DNA from: the human T2T-CHM13v2.0 reference genome, Homo sapiens | Strand: one strand, 5' to 3' | Length of the DNA stretch: 64,000 nt | Assembly: GCF_009914755.1 (NCBI RefSeq) | Contig: NC_060947.1 | Shown: in pieces, positions 14,456-27,991 of the stretch | Position numbering within the stretch: position 1 is the stretch's first letter | Layout: the number at the start of each line of letters is the position of its first letter | The notes under the pieces: generated by a model | What the model was told of the DNA's origin: nothing | What the model saw: only the letters and a program-made list of their open reading frames with translations | The model's database searches: none | Made by a program: the position numbers and the translations under genes

Positions 14456-14536
14456 AGAAACAGCAGCATAGACCAGAAATGAAAAAGTTCTGAAATGCTA
14501 TAACTAACCAACAAGAGTGTGTGAAAAGAGCTTTCA

Positions 14537-14832
14537 GGATTGGGTGTGGCAGCTCACACCTGTAATCCCAGCACTTTGGGAGGCCAAGGAGGGAGGATCA
14601 CCTGAGCCCAGGAGTTTGAGACCAGCCAGGGTAACATAGTGAAACCCCATCTTCCAAAAAATAAAAAACAATTAGGCAGGGCTGGTGGTGTGCACCCGTA
14701 GTCCCAGCTACTTGGAAGGCTGAGGCAGGAGGATTGTTTGAGCCCAGGATTTTGAGGCTGCTTTGAGCCATGATCACACTACTGCACTCTAGCCGGAGGA
14801 ACAGAGTAAGTCCTTGTATCACACAAAAAAAG
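14537..14832 (+). mobile_element. Alu (AluJ)
   Basis: Dimer with gagcccagg-type J diagnostics. Confidence 0.9.
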
Positions 14833-14859
14833 AAATTTTATGTCTTAAAACAGAGTCAG

Positions 14860-15428
<569 letters not shown>

Positions 15429-16498
15429 GACAGGGGTGGCTGGGGAAAGAGGCTGAGTGGTGTCCACAGAACGAGTCATCTTATCACCTTGATTATTAAA
15501 CTCCTCCTCTGCTGAGGTCACCCACTGGTGAGCACTCACGTGGGATACAAATATCTTCACAGTTTTTGACCACTCAGAGAGGTCCATCCACATACCTCTT
15601 CCCCAAATTTCTTCGTCACCAATTTTCCTATTATGCTTCTTTCAAGTCCCTGACAACCAGCCAAACCAGTGGCTACAGCCCATTAATCAGTATATAATCG
15701 CACATCTGGCCATTTCTCCTTCCATGCAAAGTCCACAACCATGTGCACTTCTCAAATTTCTGCCCACTGGGAAGATTTCCTTTTAAAGGGATGTCCTAGA
15801 AAGGGCTGTAGTGCTATTGCTGTCCACTTTTGGGTGGTGCCTGCATATCATGCAGAACCATCTGTGAACCAGGCCCTAGTCTTCTCTTCCTCTATCAACT
15901 GATCATAGGGAACTCCACATGAAGCCACTGGTGCAGGCTGGGGGACAGAAGGCAGGGCGGCAGGAGTGGAGACCATGGGCATTTGAGCCACTTCGTCATG
16001 TAACTTACTTGTGCTTTCAGGACCTGCTTGAGCCCGATCACTTATATACCACTTCCATTTGATGATGGAATGCTGCTGTGCATGACCCACTTTGTGGCTA
16101 GATGGGTCAGAAAGCACCCAGTTCATGATAGGCAGTTCAGGTCTCATGGTGACTTGATGACCCATAGTCAAACGTTCAGTTTCCACCAAATCCCAGTAAC
16201 AGGCCAAGAACTGTCTCTCAAAAGGAGAGTAGTTATTTGCAGAAGATGGCAGGGCCTTGCTCCAAAATCCTAGAGACCTCCGCTGTGATTCACCTATGGG
16301 AGCCTGCCAAAGGCTCCAAACAGCAACCCTATCTGCCACTGACACCTCAAGCACCATTGGATCTACTGGGTCATATGGCCCAAGTGGCAGAGCAGCTTGC
16401 ACAGCAGCCTGGACCTGTTGCAGAGCCTTCTCCTGTTCTGGACCCCACTCAAAACTGGTAGCCTTTCAGCTCACTTGATAAATGGACTGGAGTAACAC
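15429..16498 (-). mobile_element. pol: HERV-L internal pol fragment (RT connection and RNase H)
   Basis: ORF 15848..16402: LGFWSKALPSSANNYSPFERQFLACYW...AWFTDGSA; adjacent to MLT2A LTR. Confidence 0.9.
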
Positions 16499-16629
16499 AG
16501 TCAGCAAACAAAGAAAAAATCATTTCAGAAACAAAGATTCAGAGTAACACAAGAATGAATATAAACCATGTAAAGTACAGTAAGGGAAAGAGAAGATAGG
16601 AAAAAATGAAACAAACAGAAATAAAATTC

Positions 16630-17237
16630 CTCTGTGAAAAAGCAAATTTCCTCATCTCCATCCTCTTGAATCTTGCTTGACGACAAAACCTACAATGTTT
16701 ATTTTTCTAAGTTATTTGTTGAAGTTTGATTAATCTTACTCAAAGAGGTTATAGTTAATTAATTTTTAAAATATCCAGTTTCGAATAGATATTCCTGAAA
16801 CCAATTTTGCATCCATATCCTTCTCAATTCATTTGATAATTTGAAAACATTAACAAAAACATTTTTAATCTGGTTTTCAAAGGGAACATCTGTGCATTAT
16901 TGTTTGTGACAGTGGCTTTGTTACAGCAAGTGAAACATCTGGAGAGACTTGATTACTTGTCGACAGAAACTTCAATGCAATACATAGGTGAATGATAATG
17001 TATTCCCACTGGGTTCAAATGAATAAGCCCAGCCGATGGGGTCAACCTAAACTAATATTCTGGAGCACCACAGTATTTGAACCCTTTTATTCTGAGACAT
17101 TCCTTGTGGTGAGTCTGTATCTGCAGCCATTTTGGGTACTACCTAACTTAAAAGAAGAATTAAGACCTTTTCCCTGTGGCTTTTACACTAAGTATCAGAT
17201 GTGGCCCATTCACTCTCATTCTTAGGTTAATTCTCTG
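16630..17237 (-). pseudogene. Large exon remnant, 3' end lost at the repeat cluster
   Basis: ttttctttgtttctag| acceptor. Contains TDVPFENQIKNVFVNVFKLSNELRRIWMQNWFQEYLFETGYFKN*. Runs into L1-like sequence with no donor. Confidence 0.5.
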
Positions 17238-17567
17238 CTAGAAACAAAGAAAATTGAAGTCTCAATAATCCAGACTGTTTGAACCCATATTAATAGCATT
17301 TTTCAGTCCTTCTTTTCAATACAGAGTTTCAGTTCCCTTGGTTGTTAGAGTTAGTCGGATAGTTAGTTGGGTAGCTGTTATTTGCCAAGGAACAACTTTA
17401 GGGCTGCAGAGATCAATAGGTGAACAACTAGCTTCTAAGACCATAGAAGATAATTCATTGACCATTCTAACTTTATTACAGCTTAATTAGGTAAAAAGTG
17501 TAATGTCTGTGAGTGCCTAACAAAGTGCTAGACATGTGCTAAGAATACAATAAAAATTGAATCTAAG

Positions 17568-18085
17568 TGTGGCAGACACTACTGGTTATACGCACAAAGG
17601 CTATTTCCTCCTCCTTTCTTGAAGGCAGAGAACCTCTCTTCCCAGAGATTGAAAATACTAACTTCTCACTTAACAGGCTCTCTTGCAGCTAAGGCATGGA
17701 CATGTGACCCAATTCTGGCCAATGAGAACTGAGGAGGGGAGCTCCTGGGAAGACTTCTTCCCCAATAAGAAATCCCTCACGAGTGCAGACATCTCTTTTC
17801 TTCAGTTGGGCATTGTTGTGTTTCCATTCAATGCCTAAACCCATGGCAGCCATTTTGCAACCATGAAGGGACAAGCCTAGGTAGCCATAAATACCCTGAG
17901 GAGGTCAGGGCAGAAAGATGGAAGAAGCCTGGGTACTTGGTGCCAGTGTGGAACCACCAAACCAACTCTGACACCACCCACCTCCAGATATCTTGGTATA
18001 TTAAAAATGAGAAGTATCCTTAATGATGAAACTATTTTAGCTGGGTATTTAGATACATGCAGCCAAAAGCATTAAAACCAATACA
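17568..18085 (+). mobile_element. MLT1J-like MaLR LTR
   Basis: tgtggcagacact...gcagccaaaagcatt...aataca; TSD ctaag/ctaaa. Confidence 0.75.
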
Positions 18086-18199
18086 CTAAAGGAGTGCTCT
18101 CATTTTCAAATATCTCAATAAAACTCAAAATCAGTTTGCCCTTAATGTACCCCACAAAATGTTGAACAATAAGCCGCCACTGGAGAAGTGGGTCCTCAC

Positions 18200-18314
18200 C
18201 AAACGCTGAGTCCATTTCCATATTCACCACTGCTTGTCCTCAAATATTCCACATCCACAAAATGAAGATGGTTTTTGTTTTTCAACTCATTTAGAGTTTA
18301 TGATAACTGGTGAC
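18200..18314 (-). pseudogene. Exon remnant (115 nt)
   Basis: ttag| acceptor and strong TTG|gtgagg donor; frame uncertain. Confidence 0.45.
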
Positions 18315-18578
18315 CTAATTGATTTGTGGTCCCCAAATTAAAGACACTAGAAAAGATTTTTTTAAATGGTGGTTTTCCATGTAAGCTCTGCCCAGGCTTT
18401 GCTGTAATTTATGAATGTGCTAACAGACTAAAGGACAAAGTGATACGTATCACCAGCAGAGTTCTGAGAGCCTGCATAATGTACATTACTCCCCATCATT
18501 ACATAAGTAATAACCATCAAACACACTGGTGAGCAATGAGTGACTCCCTTGCTTCTGAGCTTGTACCCTGCATTGTAC

Positions 18579-18797
18579 CCTGGTGCCCAATAATCTTTGA
18601 GGATGACATCCCAAAGAAATCAGAGGCCCAAACAAGAGCAGAACAAACCAGCACAGTGCCTCAAAGAATCCAGCCCAGATTTAAAAGCAATGAACAATTA
18701 CAGGATATCTGATTAATATTTAATGAAGATGTAAATGATGAGAGTCAATACTGAATTGTTGGTGAAATCTATTACAGCAAGAGAAAGCAGCAGTGGT
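18579..18797 (-). pseudogene. Exon remnant (219 nt) carrying most of a compact RGS-like domain
   Basis: ctccttctacag| acceptor. One frame: PLLLSLAVIDFTNNSVLTLIIYIFIKY*SDIL*...FLWDVILKDYWAP, like LxFWLAVExF / IYxKY / LxxxYxPRF. Phase 2-2. Confidence 0.6.
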
Positions 18798-20434
18798 CTG
18801 TAGAAGGAGTGGGAACTGTCTTTCTTATTAGCCATTGTTCTTTAACTTCTCCCCAGCTCTAGCTGAGGCCTGGGCTCAGATTCCCCAAACAGCTGACAAT
18901 TGCAGCAAGAGTGAAATCAATCTTATAATCCTCCTAGCCATTTTATTCCTAATTTCCCTCTTTGTATGCCCTTTTTCTATTTCAGACTGCACTCAGACAC
19001 AAACTCCACATAGGGTTTCTGACATCAGACTTGCCTATTGCCAACATTCTGTCTGTCCCTCTGTCAGCTGGGTGTCTGCACTGACGAGAGAGGCATGATG
19101 ACTCCAAGGCAATTCATCACCTCTGCGATGTGGGGAGAGCCGCTGAGCTCACTTGTGTCAGAAGAAGCTGCCAATTCCTCAGTCAGAGCTTGGGGGCGCA
19201 TCTGAAGGTGCTGGTCCATGAAATAACACAGGAGAAAGGGAGAAGCCGCCAGAAGTAGTGGAGAGAGAATCGAGGGCTACAGGGTGTCAGTGAAGAATGA
19301 TGGCTGACTGTTCAGGACACTCAGCCTTTAAGGGGCCAAAAGATGCCAGGGGCCTGTCTTTATTGCTCGGCCTACTCTTGGTCCCCCACCCAGAAGAGGC
19401 AATAACAGTGTTGAGGGCTGGGAGCAAAAGAAGAAAAAGAAAAAAAAGAGCTTTCTAGGAAAACATCTTCCCCAGCAAACAGCCCTTCCTCCCAACCAAG
19501 GTAGGAATTGAAAGATGCGAAATCAAGCCCAAAGGCTTCTTTTCTGTTTTCCCAGTTGGTCTAGAAAAGAGCAGCTTATTTGTCCAACTGGCGGAGAAGG
19601 ATGCATCGACTTTCCTGGAGCACCAGTCTGCAGAGAACAGCAGCCTGTGGGAACTGGTTCCTCACGTTGGGGGCTTAAGTCCATTCCCAGAGCAGCCAGG
19701 CCATCGGCATAAGCAGCATGAAGCCCCCCAGTCAAGCTACCCAAGTGCCAGAGGATTGGGCTTTGCCTTCTATCATGATGATCACGTCCTCCCCTTGCAC
19801 ATCCCTCTGACCTCTCCTCAGCCTGCTGTAGCCTCAGTGAGACTCTGCATAGGGGAATCCCAAGGATGGCTGCTCACACACCTTCTCTCCCTGCTCCAGA
19901 ATGCTCACCTCAGAGTGGGATGGTGAGAAGAGCTGCTCAGTCACTCTGTCATCACCTTTCAGAGCTGTTGCTTTGCTATCTGGTAGCTCAGCGGGTGCTT
20001 TCCTGTCTTAGTCTATTTTATTTGCAAAGACTGATTCAAGGATCTACAGAACTCTCAGTCCCACACTAATTTTTTTCTTTCTCTAAACAGACTTGTGAAG
20101 GCTCAAGTGAGGCTACATGTCATCAAAGATGAAATGTTTTGCCTTGCTATGTTAGATACAGAAACCACTCTAGGTATTTCATACAGACTGGGGATACTAC
20201 CAGAAGCTTGTTGCATAGGTCCTAGAAGAGTGAGAAGTGAAACAGGGACCCATAAGGCAACACAAAGATTTGCCACAGCAGTAAGTTGCTACCACCCTTA
20301 GGACTGGGGCAACGTGGGAGGCAGTGGTGTTACCAGAGATCAGAAGTTAGGGCCATAGGGCAGAAGCCAGAGATGTAGTGAAGGCTGCCAGGTGGGTGCT
20401 GGGACTGTGGGAAGTAGAGCTACCAGATGGGGAT

Positions 20435-20975
20435 TGTACTTGTCTATTGCTGCAAAACAAATGATCCCCAAACTTAACCACTGTAAACAACAAACTTACT
20501 ACCTTACAGTTTCTATGGGTAAGGAATCTGGGAGCTTAGCTGATGGTTCTAGCTCAGGGCCTCTCATGAAGCTGTAATCAAGGTGTCAGTGGGGCTGCAG
20601 TTATCTTAAGGTTCAACTAAGGGAGGGTCTGCTTTCAGGCTCACTCACATGGATGCTGGCCTGCCTCAAGCCTTTGTTGGCTATTGGTTGAAGACATAAG
20701 TTCCTTGTTGTGTGGCCCTTTCCACAGGGCTAAACTAGAACAGTATGACAGCTTTCTTCCTCTACAGCGTGAAATCGAGAGAGAGAGAGAGAGAGAGCAA
20801 GAGAGAGAGAGCATGTGAGAAAGGAAGAGCAAGATGGAAGTAACAGTTGTTTTGTAATCTAATCTTGGAAGTGATATCCCAGTACTTCAGCTATATTGTT
20901 AGAAGAAAGCTATTAGGTCCAGCCCGAACAAAAGGCATGGATACTAGGAGGCCAGGATCACAGGGGGCTGGATAC
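20435..20975 (-). mobile_element. MLT1F-like LTR
   Basis: tctattgctgcaaaacaaat...ccccaaactta; internal (GA)n. Confidence 0.7.
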
Positions 20976-20984
20976 ATAGAAGTG

Positions 20985-21587
20985 GAAGCAGCTTCAGGTT
21001 TTGGGGGCCTGAAACACCATCTGGGGAACGCTTTTTAAGAAAAATAATGAAAATTACAGATACAAAATTATACACAGGTCTATCGATCGGTGAATGTTTA
21101 AACAAAATGAGGACTATCCAGACAATAAAATATTATTCGTCAATATAAAGGAATGAAGCATCAGTATATGCTACAATGTGGATGAACCTCAAATACATCC
21201 GGCTCAGTGAAGAAAACCAGTCACAAAAGACCACGTTCACTTACATGAAGTGTCGAGAATAGGCAAATCCACAGAGACAGAAAGTAGATTAGTGGTTCCC
21301 GGGGCCTGGGGTTGGGAGCCAGAATTGACTGAAAACAGACACGAGAGAACTTCTGGGGGTGATGGAAATGTTCTAAAACGGGATTGTGGTGATGGTGATG
21401 CAACTCGATAAATTTACTAAAAACCATTGAACCACATCCACTTACAATGGGTGAATTTTATGGTATGTAAATTATATTTCAATAAAGCTGTTAAAAAATG
21501 ATACACACAGGGCATTGGAAGAGGTCTGCGCAAGTGAGGGGCCCTGGAGCTTCAGCTTCATTAACTTTTCAGGAAATTTGTCTCTGT
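20985..21587. mobile_element. MER53-like DNA transposon split by an L1MB/MC 3' end (21077-21497, plus)
   Basis: ggttttgggggcctgaa...tttaagaaaaa and gggccctggagcttcagcttcatta flank the L1 3'UTR. Confidence 0.55.
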
Positions 21588-22287
21588 GGAGGAGACACAG
21601 CTATTGCAGAGATGCTGCCTGAGGCAGTGAGAGGGTGGGGAGATCACCTGGCTTCTTCCCTCTTTTCTCCCTCCAGTCTTCTGCCTGTGTTTTCTACTGG
21701 CTCAACCTTCCCGGAAGCCAGGGAAATGGAGTGCCTTGTGATACAGAGTGGAGGATACAAAAGGGTGGGTATAGGTCTGAGAGTAGAGGTGAATGACAGG
21801 CTCATGGACCAAACTCTGCAGTGATAGCTCCACACCCACATGCTAAGACAGCTTGGAATGACTCTACCTTTTGGTGTGAGAGATGTCTTGAGAAGAACTC
21901 CAGATGAGGCCTGTGTTGAATGAAGACCTAATCTGTTGATTGTTTGTTATCAAACATTATAGGATGCTGGATTTGTCAGTTAGCTTGTCACTCATTGGTC
22001 ACCTGAAGGCTCAAAATCATTTAGTCATACGTATGTATGAATGAAGGGATGGAGAGCAGGCTTTGAGTGGGTAAGAGGTGAGGGATGATGAAATAACTCA
22101 TGAAAGAAGAATATATTGAAGATGTTAAATATTCAATATTGAATGTATTGTCTTGGCTGCTTTTCTCACTTATCTCTTAGAAACAATGGGTACTAAAGGC
22201 AAGGCAATGGGCACAGCTGGCTCAGGGTACAGGCAAGAGGAGGACACATTTTTCTGTGAAGAAACTACAAACAACACTAAAACCAAC

Positions 22288-22393
22288 CACAAATTGGTCT
22301 CTATTTTCTTGTTAGCATGTCTAAGCAATTCTAAACAACGTCAATGATAAAATACTCCTCCTTCACCTCCAAAATATCTTTTTGGATCAAGTT
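22288..22393 (-). pseudogene. Exon remnant, LDPKRYFGGEGGVFYH*RCLELLRHANKKIETNL
   Basis: 75-nt intron with ctaac branch point and ttgtag| acceptor, phase-compatible with the 22469 donor. Donor is weak. Confidence 0.45.
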
Positions 22394-22468
22394 CTACAAT
22401 TGCAGAGGTTAGCGCTGAGTTTTAAAGAACATATGTAAGTTTCAAATTGGCATATTTTCATGACTTAC

Positions 22469-22568
22469 CCTTTTAATAAAGTGTTTTCTGCATGGACAAT
22501 AATGCGAGAACCCCCACTCACACAGCAGGCTGCTGACCTACGTGGACTCAGCTACAATCCATTTGATT
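22469..22568 (-). pseudogene. Exon remnant (100 nt)
   Basis: ttactctag| acceptor after an 81-nt intron; AGG|gtaagt donor; contains VLALLSMQKTLY*K. Confidence 0.55.
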
Positions 22569-22649
22569 CTAGAGTAAGTTCATGTTGGTTCAGAATCACT
22601 TGAACTCACTTCAGATGCAATTTGCCTCTCCATTTGCTGTGGTACTTAC

Positions 22650-22700
22650 ATATTCCTACATTTAAACGGTAGCTTTGAAATCACAATGAGAGGACCGTGG
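22650..22700 (-). pseudogene. Exon remnant (51 nt)
   Basis: Poly-T tract plus cag| acceptor and TAT|gtaagt donor; length divisible by 3. Confidence 0.6.
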
Positions 22701-23089
22701 CTGAAAAAAAAAAAGAACTTGAGATGCTTCAATCTGTCATTCGGTGTGCACATCACTCGCGGAATCTTGTGGTGTTCAATGAATTGGACATGTTTCTTCA
22801 TGTGGGTTCCCCCTCCTTTAAATACATTACTATAAATAAAAATATTAATTCAGTTTATTTTTCCTTTTTGGTACTGTAATATTTATTTTTGTTTTGCTTT
22901 TTTCCTGGTGTGAAAATTTAATAAAAAATATTTTCACTATCTGTGTTTCTCTGGGACTGTTACAATTATTACTTTCATTTCGTGAATGTTACTGAAAATG
23001 ATTTTGTTATATGAGGAAGGGAGTGTAAAAATAATCTACTCTGGATGTCAAATATGCTAGGTATGCTACTGCTTATAATAAAAATAAAT

Positions 23090-23370
23090 CTGTCTCCACA
23101 AATAAGGAAACTGAGGCTCAAAGATGTTAAGAAAATTGCTTAAAATTACACAAGTAGTAAGTTATAGACCAGCCATTCTAACAAAGATTGTACAGTCAAT
23201 ATACAGCACGTAGGCTTAATACATAGGAACTCATTTAATACTAACAGCCATACGAATGGAGAACATCCCCATTTTGCAAGTGAGGGAATTAAAGTACAGA
23301 GAGGCTAAATGAACTTGCCCAAGTTCCCACAGCTAGTACTATGGCAGAACGAGGATTTGAACACTGGTAG
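23090..23370 (-). mobile_element. Two MIR fragments
   Basis: gaaactgaggctca and ttaaatgaacttgcccaag-like cores. Confidence 0.65.
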
Positions 23371-23656
23371 AATGCTCCGGATACTACCTGTGTAATCTTC
23401 ACACTGGGCTTCCTCATCAACCAGGGTCCACTTTGAAGGCCGTGCTCAGCTCTCCTGTCAGCTGCAGCTGAGCAACTTAGACCTACTTGCAGCTGCTCTG
23501 TCCTCTTCCACCATCCTCTCCCATGTTTAAGGATATCACCCAGCAGATGCATGTGGGGGATTTCTAAGAGCAAAAATTGCAATATGCTCTGAATTCAGTT
23601 CAGCTTGGTTGTTTTCCAAAGACTTTGAGAAGGGAAGAATGGAAAAGAAGACTGAC

Positions 23657-23731
23657 TTTTTCGAAATAGGATCCATGGCATTCTAAGATATATTTAACTC
23701 CTGTAGGCATCTTTGTGCGCTTTAATAAAGT
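23657..23731 (-). pseudogene. Exon remnant (75 nt)
   Basis: gttttcttcag| acceptor and AAA|gtcagt donor; frame 0 open (TLLKRTKMPTGVKYILECHGSYFEK). Confidence 0.5.
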
Positions 23732-23774
23732 CTGAAGAAAACTGCTTATTGGTGCCACCACAGGTAATACTGAC

Positions 23775-23793
23775 CCACAACACTAGATGGCAA
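23775..23793 (+). promoter_or_regulatory. Possible CTCF site
   Basis: acactagatggcaa is close to the CCASYAGRKGGCRS core; motif match only. Confidence 0.3.
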
Positions 23794-24800
23794 AGTGGTG
23801 CTACGTTACTGTGTCGTGATCTGAAAAAGCCTGGTGTAAGTCTTCCAAAAAAATCCAAATCTACTGGGCTTTTTTTTTCTTTTTCATTTCTAAATTTATT
23901 TTAGGAAAACAAAGTTCTATGTGAAGTTAACAACTTACTTTAAAAAAATCATTGTTTAGAAATGCCCTATTTTGAATTGTCCAAGTCTTTCAGGCTCTCT
24001 CAAGTAGGTAAATATATGTCTTCTTGCCTAATGACCATCTGGTCAAAAGCTACTATCTAATTGATCAGATAAAAAAGGGAGGATAACAGAAGATAATAGA
24101 GATAGTATGAAATGTACTTTCAAAAGCTGCATGTTAACATAAATGTGACAAATGTATATGGTGCAGATGTCATCTGGCATGGCCTCTTCTGTTTAAATAA
24201 ACTTAGAAGCAAATAACAAATTGGACACACCGCTGTTCATTTCATTCATTCAAAAATAAGCGGCTTTTATGTACAAGGCAATCGTAAGCAGCACATAACA
24301 CAAAGAGTTCTACTCTGACATTTAAGAAATCTGTGTTCTAGATGGGGACAAAAGACAAATGCAGCAATACTGTTAACATTCAGCGCCTGAATCATTCTTT
24401 CTCCAGAGCCTCGTGGTGAGAGCTGCTGATTTCCCCCTCCTTTCTTCCTCGCAAGCCTTGGGACCACCCAAGATCCTGACCAGGGCAGACAGTATATCAA
24501 CATATTAAGACTGGGCTCCACGCAGCAAGAGCTCAGGGCTGGGTTTCTATTGCTTTCTGAATTGTCTTGGCAACTCAAATCTAGCATATTGCCTGCATTA
24601 TCAGAGGTGCCGAATAACTGTTAGCAAGAGACAGGAATCAGTGTGCGTAGCCACCAAAGAAGATAATTTGTCTAGGATGTTTTCTCGAACTTTGCCACTG
24701 GCAATGAAGAGAGGGTGGATATTACTGGCATAGAGTATCAACAGCAAAGGCACAGAGGCAGAGAACTCTGTTCTGGCTGGGGAAGCCTGCCATGGTTAGA

Positions 24801-24995
24801 GCAGTGATCCTTAAAGGGTGAGAGTGTTGCTCTCCCCAGCAGTATCAGCATCTCCAGAAACTTGTTAGAAATGCAAATTTTAGGCTTTGCCTCAGACCTA
24901 GGAAATGAAAAAGTACTGGGGGAGGGGACCTGGCCATCTCTGTGTTAACAAGCCCTCTATGTGATTCTGATACAAGCCCAAGGTCAGAACCACTG
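24801..24995. mobile_element. MER5A-like hAT fossil within L2
   Basis: cagcatctccagaaacttgttagaaatgcaaatt...agaaccactg. Confidence 0.75.
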
Positions 24996-27499
24996 GGTTA
25001 GGGTATAGGCCCTGCCAGGGAGGGTTGATAAACAAGGTGAAGTACACAGGTGTTAGACCTTGAAGGGTCTTGTGCTAAGGAGATTTTTTTTTTTCTGTTT
25101 GTTTTATCTTGTAGGCAATATGGAAGCCATTGAGAGTCTCTAAGCAGGAAGGTGACCAGAACAGGTCTTCACTTCAAAACAGTTGTTCTGGTGATGGCAT
25201 CGAGGAGGATGTGGAAGGAGGGAAGATATCCTCCTTCTGGGCAATTCTAGCTTCTCTTCTCTCTTCACCTCAAAGCTCAGCCCTTGGATCTCTTCTCTTC
25301 TCTTTCTATAGCCTTATCTTCTGGTGACCTCACCTACTCTTCTGGTGTCAGCCACCCGCCTCCGCAGTTGATTTCCAAATCTCTTCTACCTCTATAATCT
25401 TTCTTTCGCCAAGTGGACCGACTGGCTCAACTTCCTGGATGTCCAGCTGTCATTTTACCCAAAACACAGCCAAGTATTAACTCATCATCCACTAACTAGA
25501 GTTTCTCCTCCTGGTTTCTTGACTTCTGTTAATGCCTTGACTGTCTACATTGCCATTTAGGCTATAACTGCCTGTGGGATCACCCCCAAAGCTTCTTCAA
25601 GCACCAGGCTCAATTAACCACTTCCTATTCACCATCCCAGGAGTCCTAGGCACATTCTTTTATCCCAACATATTAACATGTTGTCAGTGTTTGAGGGTAA
25701 ACATCTTAAGGGAGAAAATGAGCTTCATTTATATTTGCATCACATTGGCATCCATCAGAGATAGGGTAGACAATGGATGTTTAAAGGAGTAAATTCTTCC
25801 CCTTAAAGCTGAGGGAGAAAAACACATCGGAGAAGAGTAGAGAGATGCCTGCAATGCCAATGGACACAGGGGTTGCAAACCCCATCGATGCCATAGATGG
25901 TCCCTGGCAAACCCTTAAGGCCAGGTGGAGATTGGTTATGAAGAAATAGAATTAGGTTACAAGGAATTATCAGAGATAATAGGTATTAAGGCAGAGAGAA
26001 CAGGTGTATATTAAGCTTTCTAGAAGCCTGGGGAAGATAGGAAGGGAGATGGACTAGTATTTCATAGAGGGAAAGTAAAGGAAATTTTGGGGGGTGATAT
26101 TTTGGGAGTATTATTTGTTCTTAAAGATAGAGGAAATGTGAATATGCAATTCAAGAAAAAGAAAAAAATCAGCAGAGTGAGAATGACTTAGGATGACAGG
26201 GAAGTGTCCAGGGAGAGCTCAAGCATCACAAAGAGGAAGAAGTAGATGAGATCATGGACACAGAAGAAGGGCTGGCCTAGGAGTAGGAGATTTGGCTAAC
26301 AGACATTAGTAGGTGTGCTGCATTTGCAGTTTGTGAGCATGTCTTCTCTGATATCAGTGAGGAGAAGGTGGATAAAGATCCAGAGATATTGAGGCTGTGA
26401 GGATGAAAAGTCAGCAAGTTCACGTGGATGCCTGTGTTGGTGAAGACAGACAAATGAAGGCAGGAAGAAGTTGGTGGCCTTGGGGAGAGTGGAAAATGTT
26501 TAGAACAAACATCTAGAATTTGATAGACAATGAGCAACAGGCCCCAAACACAAGCTTGCAAGCCTTTTGATTTTTTTTTTTTTTTTTTGCCTACCTCCAA
26601 GATATTCCAGCTGAGAGATGGGGAGGCTGGGCTACCCATACCCCACACCCGGCAGTCATTGATTATTTCCTCTGTCCCCAGGGATCAACCCTCTCTCATG
26701 GGCCAAGCACAGGGGATTCCAACAGCCTGATGACAATCCCCTCATAAAGATGTAGGTACTGATCATTGGAAATGAGGCTGAGGTGCATGGAAATGTTTTA
26801 TGGATCAGATAGGTTATGGGCCAAGCACCAGTGGCATGTGCTACACAGTCATTGCACTTCCTGGCTTGACTTTGTAAGTGGTATTGAAAAGTTTCCATGG
26901 GATCTGGGATTTTCCTTTGGAAAACTGGAAGAAACAATGGAGCAGAAGCATCTGGAGAGGCCTGGAATGACACTTCTTAGTGTACCCTAGCAGTTTTCAA
27001 GCTTTGCCCACACTGGTCCCACTGCCTGTCTGACCTTTGCTCCTTCCCCTGCCTGTTGAAAGCCTTCCCATATTCAAGCCCCAGGTTAAAAGTCACTTTC
27101 TCTCTGAAATCTTCCTTGACCACCACCTTCACCCTTCCCTAAGCACAACTGTTTCCCAAAATAAGAACATTTATGTAGTGCTTTACAGTTTAAAAGCAAT
27201 TGCACAACTCTTTTTTTATATACATTATGTTAATTAGCCCCCCTCTCCTCTGCAGTTCTTTGGCATTCTGTTCATTACAGGAATGCAATGCTTTATTGAT
27301 TTATATTGTAAGAAAAAAAAACCCTAGATCTTCATTTCGTCTACCAGACAGTGAATTTATTAAAAACCAGAGTCACATCCAACCCACCTTCATATCCCAT
27401 ATCTCTAGTACAGCACTGAGTCCATATTAGAAACGTAAAGGCATAAATTGAATTAAACGAATGAATCTTTATTTAAAATATATGCTTACAAGAAGCCGC

Positions 27500-27720
27500 A
27501 GTCTTCAAGACCCAGTTCGATGACAATTTGTTCTTATCCCCCACTAGTAGTATCTTCTCCAGATTAAATAAACATAGTTCCTTCTACAGTCAACCCAGAA
27601 AAATCTTTTCGTTCTTTAGGATTCAAAGTGACTTTGTTCGGACTTCTCAAAATTATTCATGTATCTTTAAAGCTAGGGATTCAGAAATGGCCCTGGTGAA
27701 TTCTGAACTATCAATACTTC
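27500..27720 (-). mobile_element. L3/CR1 fragment
   Basis: tcttctccagattaaataaacatagttccttc resembles antisense CR1 ORF2. Confidence 0.45.
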
Positions 27721-27991
27721 TAGGTACATCAATACTTCCTGGTGAATGATTGTGAACCAATTATTCTTGGTTTGGCACAGGTTTGGGGTGGGTTTTGGAT
27801 TGATTTTATTTCTGTTTAGTAAAATATATTAATAGTTACAACAAAGTTCTTGCCCCTAAATTCAGTTAGCATTATTCTTCACTGTTAAATAGTGAGGGCT
27901 TCTGTCTTGAATGGCATAGTAGAAGACCACCTTTTTTCTTAGGATCAGCCAGAGTAAATTATAAATAAGCAGTTTAGTTTTAAGTACATGC

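Larger units (their letters stand above)
20140..21825 (-). mobile_element. ERVL LTR (LTR33-like) split by nested MLT1, MER53-like and L1 insertions
   Basis: agaaaccactctaggtatttca motif; resumes at about 21590. Confidence 0.45.

Noticed and set aside
19154-19220. Possible extra minus-strand exon with CAA|gtgagc donor
   Set aside because: Acceptor unclear and phase does not fit neighbours; cannot be supported without an orthologue.
23775-23820. Minus-strand mini-exon upstream of 23731 (similar case at 31798-31855)
   Set aside because: Would leave introns of only about 42 nt, too short for spliceosomal introns.
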